From positions 124,001 through 188,000 of the forward strand of contig JAMDHS010000006.1 in the NCBI GenBank assembly GCA_029717555.1: a stretch of DNA of 64,000 nt, read 5' to 3'. A program made the position numbers and the translations under genes. The notes below the pieces were generated by a model. It did no database searches. It was not told the origin of the DNA and saw nothing but the letters and a program-made list of their open reading frames with translations. The stretch comes from Peribolospora baueri (taxonomy: Eukaryota). Positions 28,641 to 40,615 of the stretch are shown here, piece by piece. Position 1 is the first letter of the stretch. Each line of letters begins with the position of its first letter.

Positions 28641-30109
28641 CGCGTCAGGTGCGTCTGAGTCGGCCGGTCTTGTCGTCTGTTGACAGGAGGGCGTCCCCTT
28701 CTACCTTTCTTTGTCGCTGCTGAGGCTGATACTGAATATGGACCTCAACTTTCGAAAGTTGAGCGCTCACGTGCCGTCCCAGACGCTTACGTGAGGAAGA
28801 TCTTAGATTCGCAACACAGAATACGCCAGAGCGCTGGCTCCAGCCCCCGAATGTGGAAGAGACAGGAAAAGGGGAGAGAAGAGAGGGCGCAAGGATCCGA
28901 GAGATAACGGAGTAGGGGATGAGGCGTATCTGAGACGGGTGTCTCCAGAAAGTGGAGCGAGCCTCTAGAGACCGGGTATGACTGGACCAGTAGACTCGAT
29001 CCCAGAACCACCACGCAAGAACTACGTGTAAGTCGCGTCCGATGCGATGCGATGGCAACTCCTTGCAAGTGCACCGAGGCCCCTCTGAACTGCCTTCTTT
29101 GTCCTCTCTTCCCCATATCGCCGATAGATTACGCCCTAAACTTATTGCCACCCTCCCTTTCTTAGTGAATGGACGATGTAGTTATCATCGTCGGCACCCG
29201 GCCTCGACACCGCGTAAAGAATAGCGTGTGATTTCACATACAAACCTCGTCATAGACGGTGGCCATACCGTGGAAATTTGGCCCGACTGCGCCCCAGACC
29301 CCTGTGTACTACCATTGCGCCCACGCTCCCTCTTGATGAATACACCACGTCTCAGCCATAGTCAAGATCACATCTGGTAGCAGGGCTCACCTTTACCTGA
29401 TCCAACTGCTCCCTGCAACTTGAACGTCAGCCTCGCAACAACGCCAGCCCCGACCTTTCAACTTACAATGAGCGCACGATACCCATTGCGTAATCTTTAC
29501 GCATTAATAGACGCACAAGTCTACCATGTCGCCCACGACGATACCGGTCGGCCCCCGAGGCAGTCGTTCGCGTCCTTCTGTCGGAGGGCTCGATGACATC
29601 CCATTCCGACAGCTGTCGTACTGTCTCCTCGACCACCGCCCGCTTCTTCGGCCCGTTGAGAAGATGGTCTTGCCGCCGAGAGCGTCGAAGATCGAGTCGA
29701 TCCTCGGCATGGGTATCGATCACCAACAGTCTCCTTGTTGAGACTGCGAAAGTCGACGCAGAACCGGTACTTTCCCTTCTGCCAGGCCAACACCACAGGG
29801 TACGACAGGCGGCCGCCATCAGGCCGCCTTCTCTCTCGACGGGCGGCCCGGTCGCGTCACCGACGGCACGGAAATCCGGATGCGGTCCGACGACTCCAGA
29901 CTGCACCCCGAGCCTCCTCGACACTGGACGCCGCCCGGGGGTACCACCAGATCCCCGTCCACCCCGACGTCCGCTGGAAAGTCGCGTCAGGAAGCAATGG
30001 GTATCGTGCACTCATTGTAAGTTGAAAGGTCGGGGCTGGCGTTGTTGCGAGGCTGACGTTCAAGTTGCGGTGAGCAGTTGGATCAGGGAAGGGTGAGCCC
30101 TGCTACCAG

Positions 30110-30572
30110 ATGTGATCAGATTCAGATCAGGTTCGACGACTCCAGACTGCACCCCGAGCCTCCTCGATACATCGGGCCAAAGAAGCGGGAGGTTGTCGAG
30201 GAGACTGTACGACAGCTGTTGGAATGGGATGTCATCGAGCCCTCCGACAGCCGCCTGTCTTACCCGGTGGTGCTGGCCTGGCAGAAGGGGAAGTACCGGT
30301 TCTGCGTCGACTTTCGAAATCTCAACAACGAAACGGTGGGCGATCGCTACCCCATGCCGAGGATCGACTCCATCTTCGACGCTCTCGGCGGCAAGACGAT
30401 CTTCTCGTCCTTGGACGCTGCCAGAGGGTACCGCCAGATTCCCGTCCACCCCGACGATCGCTGGAAGGTTGCGTTTCTGACGCACATGGGCCTGTACCAA
30501 TACAAGACGATGGCCCCGGCCATTTTCCAGCGCTTCATGGACAAAGTCTTGGGCTTCCTTCGGTGGACGCAG
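30110..30572 (+). pseudogene. Ty3/gypsy reverse-transcriptase fragment (ends before YxDD)
   Basis: VIEPSDSRLSYPVVLAWQKGKYRFCVDFRNLN...YPMPRID...FSSLDAARGYRQIPV...KVAF...GLYQYKTM-APAIFQRFMD; the PFGL segment is deleted. Confidence 0.9.
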
Positions 30573-31346
30573 CCGTGCGGAGTTGTATTGGTACAGGCCC
30601 GTGCTTTCACAGCTCGTCGTAGACTCTGGCCCCGGCTTGACCTCGGGGGAAGAAGAACAGCTGGGCTTGTGGGATCTGGTCTACTGGTCCGGTCATTCCC
30701 GCGCATGTCCGGTTTCTATCTACCCTATTGCTCACCATCCCACGTCCCTTCTTAAAGGAAGACACGGCCTGATGGGTGATACACAGCCCTTCTCTACTTC
30801 TCCGCATGTGGGAGCATTCTGTAATGTCCGATACTATATAAGAGGAGTCGCTGGCCGAGCTCCGATGATGGAAATCCCAAGATCTTCCTCGCGTACGCGT
30901 CTGGGACGGCACGTGACTAGATCACGTGACGCATGTCCGGTGTGAGAAATCGCAGGGGGTGCCAGGGCTGCGGCAAATGCGATGGACCAGGGCCGACTAG
31001 GCTTCAGGTGGACAAGGTGGTAACCGAGCATATTGGCCGACTGTGAGCTGGTAGATGGTGGTGTCTACATGGTGTTCCTCCTCACAGGGAGTACAGACAG
31101 TGGGGTTCCCATCCTCTATATATACGTTTCTCGAGAGGAATAGGCGCTCGGAGCGTATAAAAAGGGGTACACGAGAACAATAGAAGTGATCTACCGCCTA
31201 GGAAATAGACGGTCGTAAACGGGGTCGCGACACGGTGATCACACCCCCTTACCCTGACGACAACATCGTTATGCCAGATGGGCCCGCGAGAGAGTGAAGA
31301 CGCAGCAGAGCCAGGTCAGGTCGTTCGAGTTGGGCACGCGGCCGTT

Positions 31347-31844
31347 TCAAGCTTGGCCCTCCTTGACGACCTTGAACAGATCCCCTCGCTTGCCCTTCCA
31401 CTTTGGCTGTGCGAGAAACTCGAAAAAGTCCAGAAGGGTGTCCTCACGAAGGACGGCTTGGTCACCCATGGCCTTTTCGTCCCTGTTCTTGCGATGGTGC
31501 GCTATGGCCTGTGGGACGATGTAGCAGGCCTTGCCGCCGGCGATGCGGGGCAGCTGAAAGAGGTTCTCCTCCGGCGTCGATGTGTCGTGACCGTTGTTGT
31601 TGTTCTTCTTCTTCTCCTTGTCGAGGCGCTCTTGGACAAGACTGTCACACAGCGTGCGGGTGATGGGCAAGTTCTCGCTCGCGTCCGCCGCCTCGTCTTC
31701 GTCCCCTCGGGCGTCGGCGTCGTCAAAACGCTTCTCGTCGTGCGCTTCATAGGCGAGCAGGACGCGGGCGGCGAGATCGAGCAACTCTTTGGATGGGTAC
31801 TGCAAGGTGCCCGTGAAAGAGAAGGTCTCCTTTGTGGCTCTCAT
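31347..31844 (-). CDS. Orphan hypothetical protein (~165 aa from ATG 31844; 5' end uncertain)
   Basis: Protein-like composition and C/G-ending codons (MRATKETFSFTGTLQYPSKELLDL...LLDFFEFLAQPKWKG); no family recognised. Confidence 0.45.
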   Translation of the reverse strand: MRATKETFSFTGTLQYPSKELLDLAARVLLAYEAHDEKRFDDADARGDEDEAADASENLPITRTLCDSLVQERLDKEKKKNNNNGHDTSTPEENLFQLPRIAGGKACYIVPQAIAHHRKNRDEKAMGDQAVLREDTLLDFFEFLAQPKWKGKRGDLFKVVKEGQA

Positions 31845-32395
31845 GTTGTGCCGGGTCTGCGCTGAGGGACGAAAGACGGCAGGTGGACGACAGGTGCGTA
31901 GAGGCGCGGAGAGGAAGGACTGACGGATGACCAGACCCACGGAAGGCATCTTAGCGTCGCAGCCGACGATTTGATAAGACCGGGAGGGCAACGCTGACCT
32001 GACCGCACCGTGGCTCGATCCGTCCGTCGCTTTTCTTTGACCGCAACAGCCGCCCACAAGACATGATTCCGGGGGGGGAAGAGGGCGATCCGGTACCGAA
32101 CCCGATTCCGAACCAGCAAGGCACGGAGGCGTGCGTGTCGTGCTGGACGGACCCTAGCAAGATCAATGGCCAAAAGTGGCAGATCGACTCGAACAAAGTG
32201 AACGAGAGCCAGGACTTTAAGGCCACCAATAACCATGGGAATCACTATGCGATTCAGTCCAACAAGGATATGTCGCCGACTGACTACCTTAACAAGGTCA
32301 ACGATCTGCCGTGGGACAAGGTAAAGGCGCCTAAGGCGTCTAAGGCGCCTAAGGCGTCGCGGAGGGAGTACGAGTACGAGCCGGCGATGTATTAG
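31843..32395 (+). CDS. Tse2-like ADP-ribosyltransferase-fold protein; 5' end uncertain or possibly frameshifted
   Basis: Intron 31894-32049 joins SALRDERRQVDD-S-RPQD to ...CVSCW...WQID...HYAIQSNKDMSPTDYLNKVNDLPWDKV, which by eye follows the Tse2-family motif order. Confidence 0.5.
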
Positions 32396-33543
32396 ACGCG
32401 TGGCGTGGCATGTCGGGGAGGAAGGAAGGAAGGAAGGAAGGAAGCCGTCGTCCTTTTCTTCTTCCTGCTTCACCGTAATCGCATCGTGTACTATTACTAC
32501 CCCGTCCTCTCGTCTCATCTCGTCGTTCATTGGCTTGAGCAATAGATTAACGGACCGATAATCGATCGAAGCGCCGCTGCACTGCACTGCGGATGGATGG
32601 GATGGTGATGGTGATGGACGGCAACTTTGGGACGTTCGTTGGGCCCGCACGCTGTCCCTATCCAATCTGATCCGATCTGATTCGATGCGATGCGAATCGA
32701 CGGACGACGGACTGGTATAGATCACCGTCGGTTTTCTCAGCAGCGCCGTCAGTCCGCCTGTCCGTCAAGTCAGAGTCGTGTGTGTCTGCCTGTGATCATG
32801 TCAAGCGGCGTTTGGTCCCCGGTCGGCCGAGAGTATATAACGTGGTGTATTCATCAAGAGTGAGCGTGGGCGCGATGGTAGTACTGCACACAGGGGTCTG
32901 GGGCGCAGCCGGGCCAAATTCCCACGGTATGGCCACCGTCTATGACGAGGTTAAAATCACAAGCGCGCCGCAGCAGGAGATCATCTCCTGGGGTGTCGCG
33001 TCGGTTAATTAAAAGCACAAGGACCACTCAGGTCAGACCCATGGTGACAAGCTGGGAGGGACCTGATGAATAGTATAGCCGCGCCCTATCGACGTCTACG
33101 GGGCGACCAACGAGTAGCATGCATGGACGCACAAGTTGTAGGCGCGCGCGAGGACATCGCAATGAGCGCGAAGATATGCAGCCAACTTCCTCTTCTTCCT
33201 ACCACACCGCTCGCGAGAGCGGCGGCGAAAACACTCGCCGCTGGCTGTGCGGTCGTCGACTCGACTTTTGCTTGCAACGGCTTCCATCTTAGGTTTGATC
33301 CAGATTCGTCTCCCAGTGCGTTCAACTACTGCGTGGGAAGCTACGTGAGACATTCGCTCGATGTCGCTCGCTGACGAATGAATCACCCCGTCTCAAACGC
33401 CTTGGTCATCCACTAGCGGTGGTGTGTCTTCCAAGGAAGAAATCTGAAATTGAGGATGTTATGCTGAGTTGCTGTTAAATACGGCATAGGTGGAAAGCTG
33501 ATGCCCGGAAAGCGATCGCTCACCCCTCCACAGCACCCTTCGC

Positions 33544-35456
33544 ATGCCTAGCATCACAATTATTTTCCGTCCGCTTACCTTGCTCCAGAGGTGGTTCATT
33601 CGCAGGACAGCATCTGGGGAAAGTCGGCAAGAGGACCGTTTCGTCAAGCCGACGATGGAGCCGAATGCGCGTCCTGCGTCTGGAACGCCAGCTACTGGTG
33701 CTCTTCGCTCTGAAGCGCGAGGCAAGACAGAGCCGAAGGAGAGCGACGCATCGGACGAAGAAGAACAGGGACCACTAGGTAAGGAAGGTAGTGGTGAGGC
33801 ATGGCACCGAACTCGAGGCCTCACACGGCTAGCCGCGCCAGTGAGAGCAGCGCTCGGTTTCTCAGCTTCCAAACCTCACAGACGGCCGACTTGGACTGAT
33901 ATTGACGCGACGACCAATGAACGACTGCGTCCAGATGCTGCAGAGCTTCGCCTACACCCATTTTCTCGTCTAGCGGCAAGATTCGGCGCTCATCTCAACA
34001 AACTAGCTTCGCTTCTGGCCAAGATGCACGCCGCCGAGCCCACAGAATGTCAGATTTGCTTTAACGAAGTGAACTTTGAGGCTGTCACCGAGAGAGACGG
34101 ACCATCTTCTTCTCCAGTCAACCCAAGTGGCGTGCATCTGCAATATTGCCGGCATGTTTTCTGCTGTGACTGTCTCAAAACATGGATCAAGGTGTGTGCC
34201 AAATTCCGTGCATGCCAGCCCAACCGGCCCGCAAGATTCCGTCGAACGAGGCGTCGTCGAGACACATGGCCTCGTCAACTTTTTTCATCATCTTCTATAC
34301 CACGCTCTTCTATACCACGCAGAACAAGCTCGATGAGGTGACGGACGCGGTTATGGAGAAGCGGTTCCCAATTCCATGTCCAGCATGCATGGCAAAAAAG
34401 GACAAGGGTTCGTCGCAAAAAAGGAAAGCGCAAGGGTTGACGATCGGTGATGTAAAGACGGTGTTAAATGATGGAGAGCTGGCATTGTATGAGGAGAAGC
34501 AGAGGTTGAACGGCATGAACAAGGTGAGAGTCAACTTGTGTGCACTGATAATTGGGTGGCTATCTGATCCCCAAACGTGCCATTTGACCTGCTCGTCAGA
34601 TGTATTGCCCCGAGCGGACTTGCTCAGCACCCATCTTTTATCATTCTAGTGATGCCAAAGTCCAATACTGTGGCGCATGTGGATGTAAGGTGTGCATCCA
34701 TTGTCGCACCCGGTGGCATACAGGTGGGAGCCATTTTCCATCCTTGCTTGGTTAGTAATGCATAAAAAGGGGTGAACGGTTGGTGCTCATCTGCAATGAG
34801 CATCTCTCTTCCATATCGCATTTCGTCTCAGAATTGACCTGTGAAGACATTGATGTGAGGCCAGGCAGCCCTATATCATGTTGCCATGGCATACACTGCT
34901 AACGAGATTCCTCCGGAATTCCCTCGACACTGCACTCAATCATACCAGTCTTTGCCTCTAGAAGATCGCTTCCCAGAGGATATCCAGGCACTTTCCCTTG
35001 CCCGTACAATGGGCTGGAAGCGCTGTCCAAGGTGTCGGGTTCGTATTGCATACTCTGTGACAAGTGCTAATTAACCCTCCGAGACGCTTCCCCCTGATGA
35101 AACCCTTGTTGTTTTGACATGGTGTGTCAGGCTATTGTGGAGAAGAGTCTCTACCAAGACTGCAACAACATGATATGCAGGGTATGAGCCAGTGTTTGTG
35201 ACCTGTGTTCTGGCGTTTATTCTTCGGTTGATTTCACATGCTGTCCACATCTCCCCTTTGGCGACCCATCAAGTGTGGCGCATATTTCTGCTATCGGTGA
35301 GCGAGAAGATGACCTGCTGCTTCTTTATCGTCCCCAACCTAGCACAGCACCCAGGATGAGCGCTAATACCCTTTTCGTGCGATGTCACATTTGGCCTCTG
35401 ACAGTTGCGGTCAGTTTATCGACCCATATTTCCACCACCCTCGCCATTATTACTAG
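33544..35456 (+). CDS. RBR (RING1-IBR-RING2) E3 ubiquitin ligase, multi-exon
   Basis: CQIC...CRHVFCCDC...CPAC; YCPERTC...CGACGCKVCIHCRTRWH; GWKRCPRCR...CNNMICR|CGAYFCYR|CG. Confidence 0.85.
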
Positions 35457-35765
35457 TGCCAACTTCACTTGAACAGACTCTGCAGTGTCAGTCTCGAAAG
35501 CTCAATGTTTGTCTGGAGTCGAGGCGAAGTAGTGGTCAAGAGAGAATGTCGACAGAATGTCACTCCGAAAGCTCGCATAGAAAGGGAGAGCCAACTCTTC
35601 TGCTTGCGTGAAACGTCTCGCGATCGAATCAGTTTGGTTCGAGGCCGCAGAGGGCGAGTTGACATGGCGCCGACTATAAAGACATGACACGGCATACATG
35701 GATATCTTCCAAGCACTACCTAACGCAAACGTCTTCGAGAACATGGCATCGCTCCCGATAGGAGC

Positions 35766-38700
35766 CTAGATCTCCGCCGAAAGCTCCATACGATCTCCAT
35801 TGACGAGCTTGCCCTCCTCCTGGAGCCATCGGGCCTGATGCCTCGTGCCGGCCCACGTCTCGCTCCACTTGGGGTATACGCGCTTGTACAGGTTGAGGAG
35901 GATCGTGTCCATTTGTGTAATGCGACCATCCTGTACGTGTTAGGAATGAAAGCCGCCCGTTCAGCATTGGATACGACTACATTGGAGACTGATGATCTGA
36001 GAGGGACGACACTTGGTACTCACGAAGTGGGCTTTGAAGTACCCGTGCGTGCCCAGCGACTCCCGGATATGGCCCGTGCGACCGTACTTCGTGTACAGCT
36101 GAATGGGCTTGAAGTAGTTGACGTCCTCTGCAGAAAAGGCAAACGACAAATTAATAGGGACCATGCATGAACACGGAGGGAGACGGAGTAGTAAGAGTAA
36201 TTCACCGGGATTGAAGAACATGTATCGGATTGTGGCCACCTTTTTGTGAACCTTGAAGGGATGCCCGGTGAGAATGATCCTCTTCGCGTTAATCCTCGTC
36301 GGGTCCGCATCCATGAAGCTGCCCATAGCAACCAAATTTGGCGCTTGCGCGTCCTCTGTCTCGCGAAGAAGCAAGCAAGGCGCCTTCCCGAATGTGATGG
36401 GCCCAAAGATGGTCGCCACGGAAGTCGTTCCATGTCGGAGGAAACGCTCGAATTTGTGCACGTTGTTGACCCCTTTTGCGCCACCACGGTCGTGTTGCGA
36501 GAAGATGGGGTTCACTCGCAACCGGCGCGGGCCGAGACAGAGTACCAAGTCATCCTGTGAAAGACAGAAGGTGTGAGATGGGACCGCGTTGAGGGCACGA
36601 AACGCATATCAACTTGGTCGCGCTTGCCAAGGGCTCACCTTAGACTTCACCGTTCCGTCGTACTCAGTGTTCCTCCCGACCGTAAAGTTGAGCACGGACT
36701 TCTTGTGTTCATGTTGCAGTAGGCCGAACACGACGAAAGGAAGATCCGGACTGTATTCCTCAGCTGCCTCCCTCGGCACGTCCCTGATATAGAGAACGAC
36801 CTTGGTTCCAGGTTGGATACCAACGGTGAGCGCATGTCCCTCGACGCGGCGGCGGGCGCGACTGTAGTCCTCGAACTGGAAGATACGGGAGTAGTCGATG
36901 GGCAAGTCCTCGTACGGGTCCCAGGGAGAGGTTCGGAAAGATTTAAGGCCACGGTACCGCTGGAAACGCGTGAGGGCGGGGATTTCCATCGGCGTGGTGA
37001 CCTCGTCGGGGAACTCGGCGTCTTCGGCGTCCTCTTTTCGTCGTTTTTCGAGGTAGGCTTTGTACCTGATATCCGTTCGACGACGTGCAGTAAGGATAAG
37101 GAAATCCAGTCGTTTCCCCCAAAAAAGGAAGAAAGTGGACGCCAGACTTACTGTTGCTCCTCCTCTTCAGGATCCAGATCCATAAACTCCTCCGTCTTCC
37201 GTCCACTTATCTCAATCTCCTCCATCTCCTCCTCTTCTTCCCCATCCTCGGCAGACAAGCCTGCATCGCTCTGCTGGTCCGCGGCCCCATCGTCTTGCAT
37301 CTCGCCCTCATCACTTTCGCTCTCGTCCTCGCTACCTTCGTCCTCGTTGTCTGACTCGTCCAAAATCCATCTTGCCTGGTACGCGCTCGTACCCTTGGGT
37401 ACGCGTTTGACAATCCGTGGGGTGGTTCCAAACTTGGCATCGGGTAAAGCGGCCGACTGGTCCATCGCACCGCCTGTGCCAGCCATCTCTTCCTCGGTTG
37501 GCCATGTCTGCTCGTTTGCGAGCGGGTCCGGGTCGTTCTGTGAAACGAGATCGTCCGCTTCCTCTTCGTTACGGTCTTCCAAGACGACCACTTCAGGCTC
37601 CACCTCCATGCCGGTGTCTCCTGCTGCCTTGAGTTTTCGCCTATCCATCGTTGGGTAGGACGTGACCTGCGCCGTAATAACAACGTCGATCAGTATTCAT
37701 CCAGAACTCCGCCCGCCGGATGTGAGTAAGACAAAGTAAGGGAGCGTACCTTCTCCAAAGCGAAGTCGCCAAAGTTCTGGAGGTGTACTAGCCGACTCGC
37801 CGACATCGGAGCTCCCCTAACTGTTCCCATCACCTTGAGCACTCCTTTGTCTTGGGTGCCCTCGCTCTCCTGCCAATCCACTTCCTCCGCGAGTACCCAA
37901 GAGCGAGTAGCGCGCCAAGCGAGATGTCGTGGCACGCTCGTACATAGCGACCGCAAGACGTTGGATGCCTCGGCTGACTGGTCCATGGAATGCACCTTTT
38001 CTTGGTCGGGGAGGAAGTAACGGATGAAAGAAAGCAAAGACTTCTTTACGTCTGGTCTTCGCTTGGCTTCTGTTGAGACCAAGGTCTATGAAGCAGTAGG
38101 ATGTAGAAACGGCATCAGCACACAAATGGTGTTAGCATGAGGTATGGAAGCAGAAATCTTTCTCACCTGCACAACCGTCACAGCGCTAGGAACGCCTTGA
38201 GCCTGCAAGCACCGGAGTGCGGTATCACCCCATTCATCCACTTCTTTGTCATCTGAGAGGACAAATATCACATAGTCGGCAACCTTACAGGCATCGAGGG
38301 CGGCATACAGCTGGCGGTAGGGGAGCATGATGAATTGTAGACGTTGCTTGAAACGCTCGGCGCTGGAGAGCACGGGGAACGGAGGAGGTCAAGTAGATAT
38401 GCCATGCTTTAGGATGGAGAACAGAAAAGAAGTTTGAAAGCCCATTCCTGACATTTCAGAACGGGAACTCACTCAAGCGTGAACAGCCCATAATCCGCCC
38501 GCGGTCCTTCCGCGTCGATAGATTCCGCGAGCGCCCGCACCGTCTCCCTCGCGCTCACGTCCGGACAAAGGGGAACAACAGCGACGATACGCGGTGCACC
38601 GGACTTTCCGCCAAAGACGCGCGTCGTCTGCAGGAGCTCTTCCCTCTTCTTCTTCTGAGCCAACTTGGCCGCATTTCGTCTGTCCGTGCGGGTGGAGGTG

Positions 38701-39004
38701 GAGCTGGGCTTCGTGGAGACTTTGACGGATTGTATGCGACCTTGAAGCATTTGATGATAATCAAGCAGCAAAAGTTAGCGCAAGAGACCATCTCCGAGAG
38801 GGCCAACGCTCCGAATCATCTGACTTGGACGAACCTTTGGCGGCATCCTTGAGAGAACCCTTGGACGAGTGCTTGGACTTGAAGGGCTTGTTTTGCTGGA
38901 GATGGAAGCAAGACGTGAGCTACTAGCTCAGAAGGAGCTGGCGACGAAGCACTCCCTTCGCCTCTCACCTGTTTCAGCGTCGACCGGTGATGATGACCGA
39001 CCAT
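35766..39004 (-). CDS. TSR1: Pre-rRNA processing / 40S biogenesis factor Tsr1
   Basis: HHHRSTLKQ|NKPFKSKH, RLVHLQNFGDF, NEQTWPTEEE, VPKGTSAYQARWI, RFQRYRGLKSFRTSPWD, KRIILTGHP, GHIRESLGTHGYFK, LYKRVYP. Confidence 0.95.
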
Positions 39005-39120
39005 CTTGTGGTCCGTCTGCGCACTTGTCTCGTCTGGCCGTTCGCTGCAGGAAAGGTGCTCGCTTTCAAACGTCTTCCCAAAGTACTGCGGCTCAAACAT
39101 GCTGCGGCAGCCGCTTGGCC

Positions 39121-39133
39121 TCTAAAAATTTGG
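39121..39133. promoter_or_regulatory. RRPE-like element (AAAAATTT) in the TSR1/RPF2 divergent promoter
   Basis: tctAAAAATTTgg lies in a ~200-bp spacer between two ribosome-biogenesis genes. Confidence 0.45.
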
Positions 39134-39201
39134 ACTTCGCTCGTCGATCAGTAAAAGAAAAGAGGTCGCTAGACATCATCGACGTCCATCTTCATCCCAA
39201 A

Positions 39202-40615
39202 ATGCTCGTCAGCGCAATGTGAGTAGAGTGGAAACGGGTGGGTTTGCTGCGTTGGTCCTGCTTATATTCCGGCGTTCTTTGTCTTTTCACAGCCGCAAAC
39301 CAAGGGACGCACGGTCAAAACGGGCCTTGCAGGAGCGCGAGTCCAAGGTCGTCGAGAATGCGAAGACGGCCATCTTCGTGCGAGGCAACCAGACCAGCCA
39401 AAAAGTCAACGTGGCTCTCCATGAATTGGTGTGTAGAATGGTTTCCGTGGCGTTGTCCAGACTGAAGAGGCAGCAGACAAGGCTGAACCGGTCTGGCCTC
39501 TCCATCACAGCTCAGCTTGAAGAAACCCGATGCCGTGTCGTTCTCGAAGAAGAACGAGGTGTACCCTTTCGAAGACATCTCCTCTCTTGAGTTCTGGTCT
39601 AGGAAGAACGATGCTTCGCTTTTCCTCATTGGACATCACCAGAAGAAGAGGCCAGATAACCTCGTGTTCGTGCGAATGTTCAATTATGAGGTGCTCGATA
39701 TGATTGAGGTGGGCATAGAGGAAGCGGTCAGCATGGCAGATCTGAAGGTGCGTCATGGTTCGCTCCAACATATAGTCGATATGTGGCTGAGGTGCTCTTT
39801 CTGACATTGCGGTCGTCTCCTTGTAATCTGCACAGACGCCCAAAGCGGCAGCGGGCATGCGACCGGCCTTCTACTTCTCAGGCGACCTCTTCGAGACGCA
39901 CCCCGTCTACTCCCAGTTCAAGTCGACCCTGCTCGACTTCTACCGAGGCGAGGAGATCTCTTCCCTCTCTCTATCCGGACTCGAACACGTCATCTCTGTC
40001 TCCCACTCTCTGCCCCCCTCCACATCCCCCTCCGACCCAACGGCCTCACAGCCTCTCGGCTCGCTCGCGAACCCCACCTCTTCCATCGCCGCCGCTTCCG
40101 ACCCGACGCTAGCAGCGACGATCCACTTCCGTGTCTACACCGTCCAGCTGCGCCCTTCGGGCCAACGCAATCCGCGCGTGGAGCTCACGCTCATGGGCCC
40201 GAGCTTCGACTTCCGACTCCGCCGCCACCGCGCCGCTGCGCCGGAGATGCTCAAGTCGGCGATGAAGAGGCCGAAGGAGCTACAGAGCGGGCAGGGCAAG
40301 GGGAAGAAGAAGAACATCGACACGAACGAGATGGGCGATCAGGTCGGACAGGTCCACTTGGGCAGGCAAGACTTGAGCCAGTTACAGACGAGGAAGATGA
40401 AGGGGTTGAAGAGGGGCGCTGGGCTCGATGATGATGATGAGGAGGAGGAGGAGGATGCAGGGGAGGAGGAGATGGGGAGTGGGGAAGAGGATGAGGAGGA
40501 GTTTGCAGAGACGGCGGGGGAGGATTTCTCAGATGAAGAGGCTGAAGCAGAGGAAGAGGAGGAGGAAGAGCAGACAAGACCGTCGTCCAAGCCGAACAAG
40601 CGACGCAAAAAGTAA
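39202..40615 (+). CDS. RPF2: Ribosome production factor 2 (Brix domain)
   Basis: KPRDARSKRAL, PFEDISSLEFWSRKNDASLF, KKRPDNLVFVRMF, LLDFYRG, PRVELTLMGPSFDF, KKKNI...MGDQVGQVHLGRQDL...TRKMKGLK. Confidence 0.95.

Larger units (their letters stand above)
26800..30916. mobile_element. Cluster of degenerate, rearranged Ty3/gypsy LTR-retrotransposon fragments in both orientations
   Basis: gag-like ORF, RT fragments, and three copies of a shared LTR-end-like motif (27004-27056 +, 28749-28802 -, 30881-30916 +). TATA-like TATATAAG precedes both + copies; purine tract GGGGGGAAGAAGAA near 30644. Outer limits approximate. Confidence 0.85.

Noticed and set aside
30941..31243. Possible solo LTR (TGTGA...TCACA with TATA-like motifs)
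   Set aside because: Flanks (TCCGG / CCCCC) give no TSD and there is no second copy in the window.
31278..31865. Plus-strand 195-aa hydrophobic ORF
   Set aside because: Antisense shadow of the minus-strand ORF; the V/L runs mirror its N/K/E codons.
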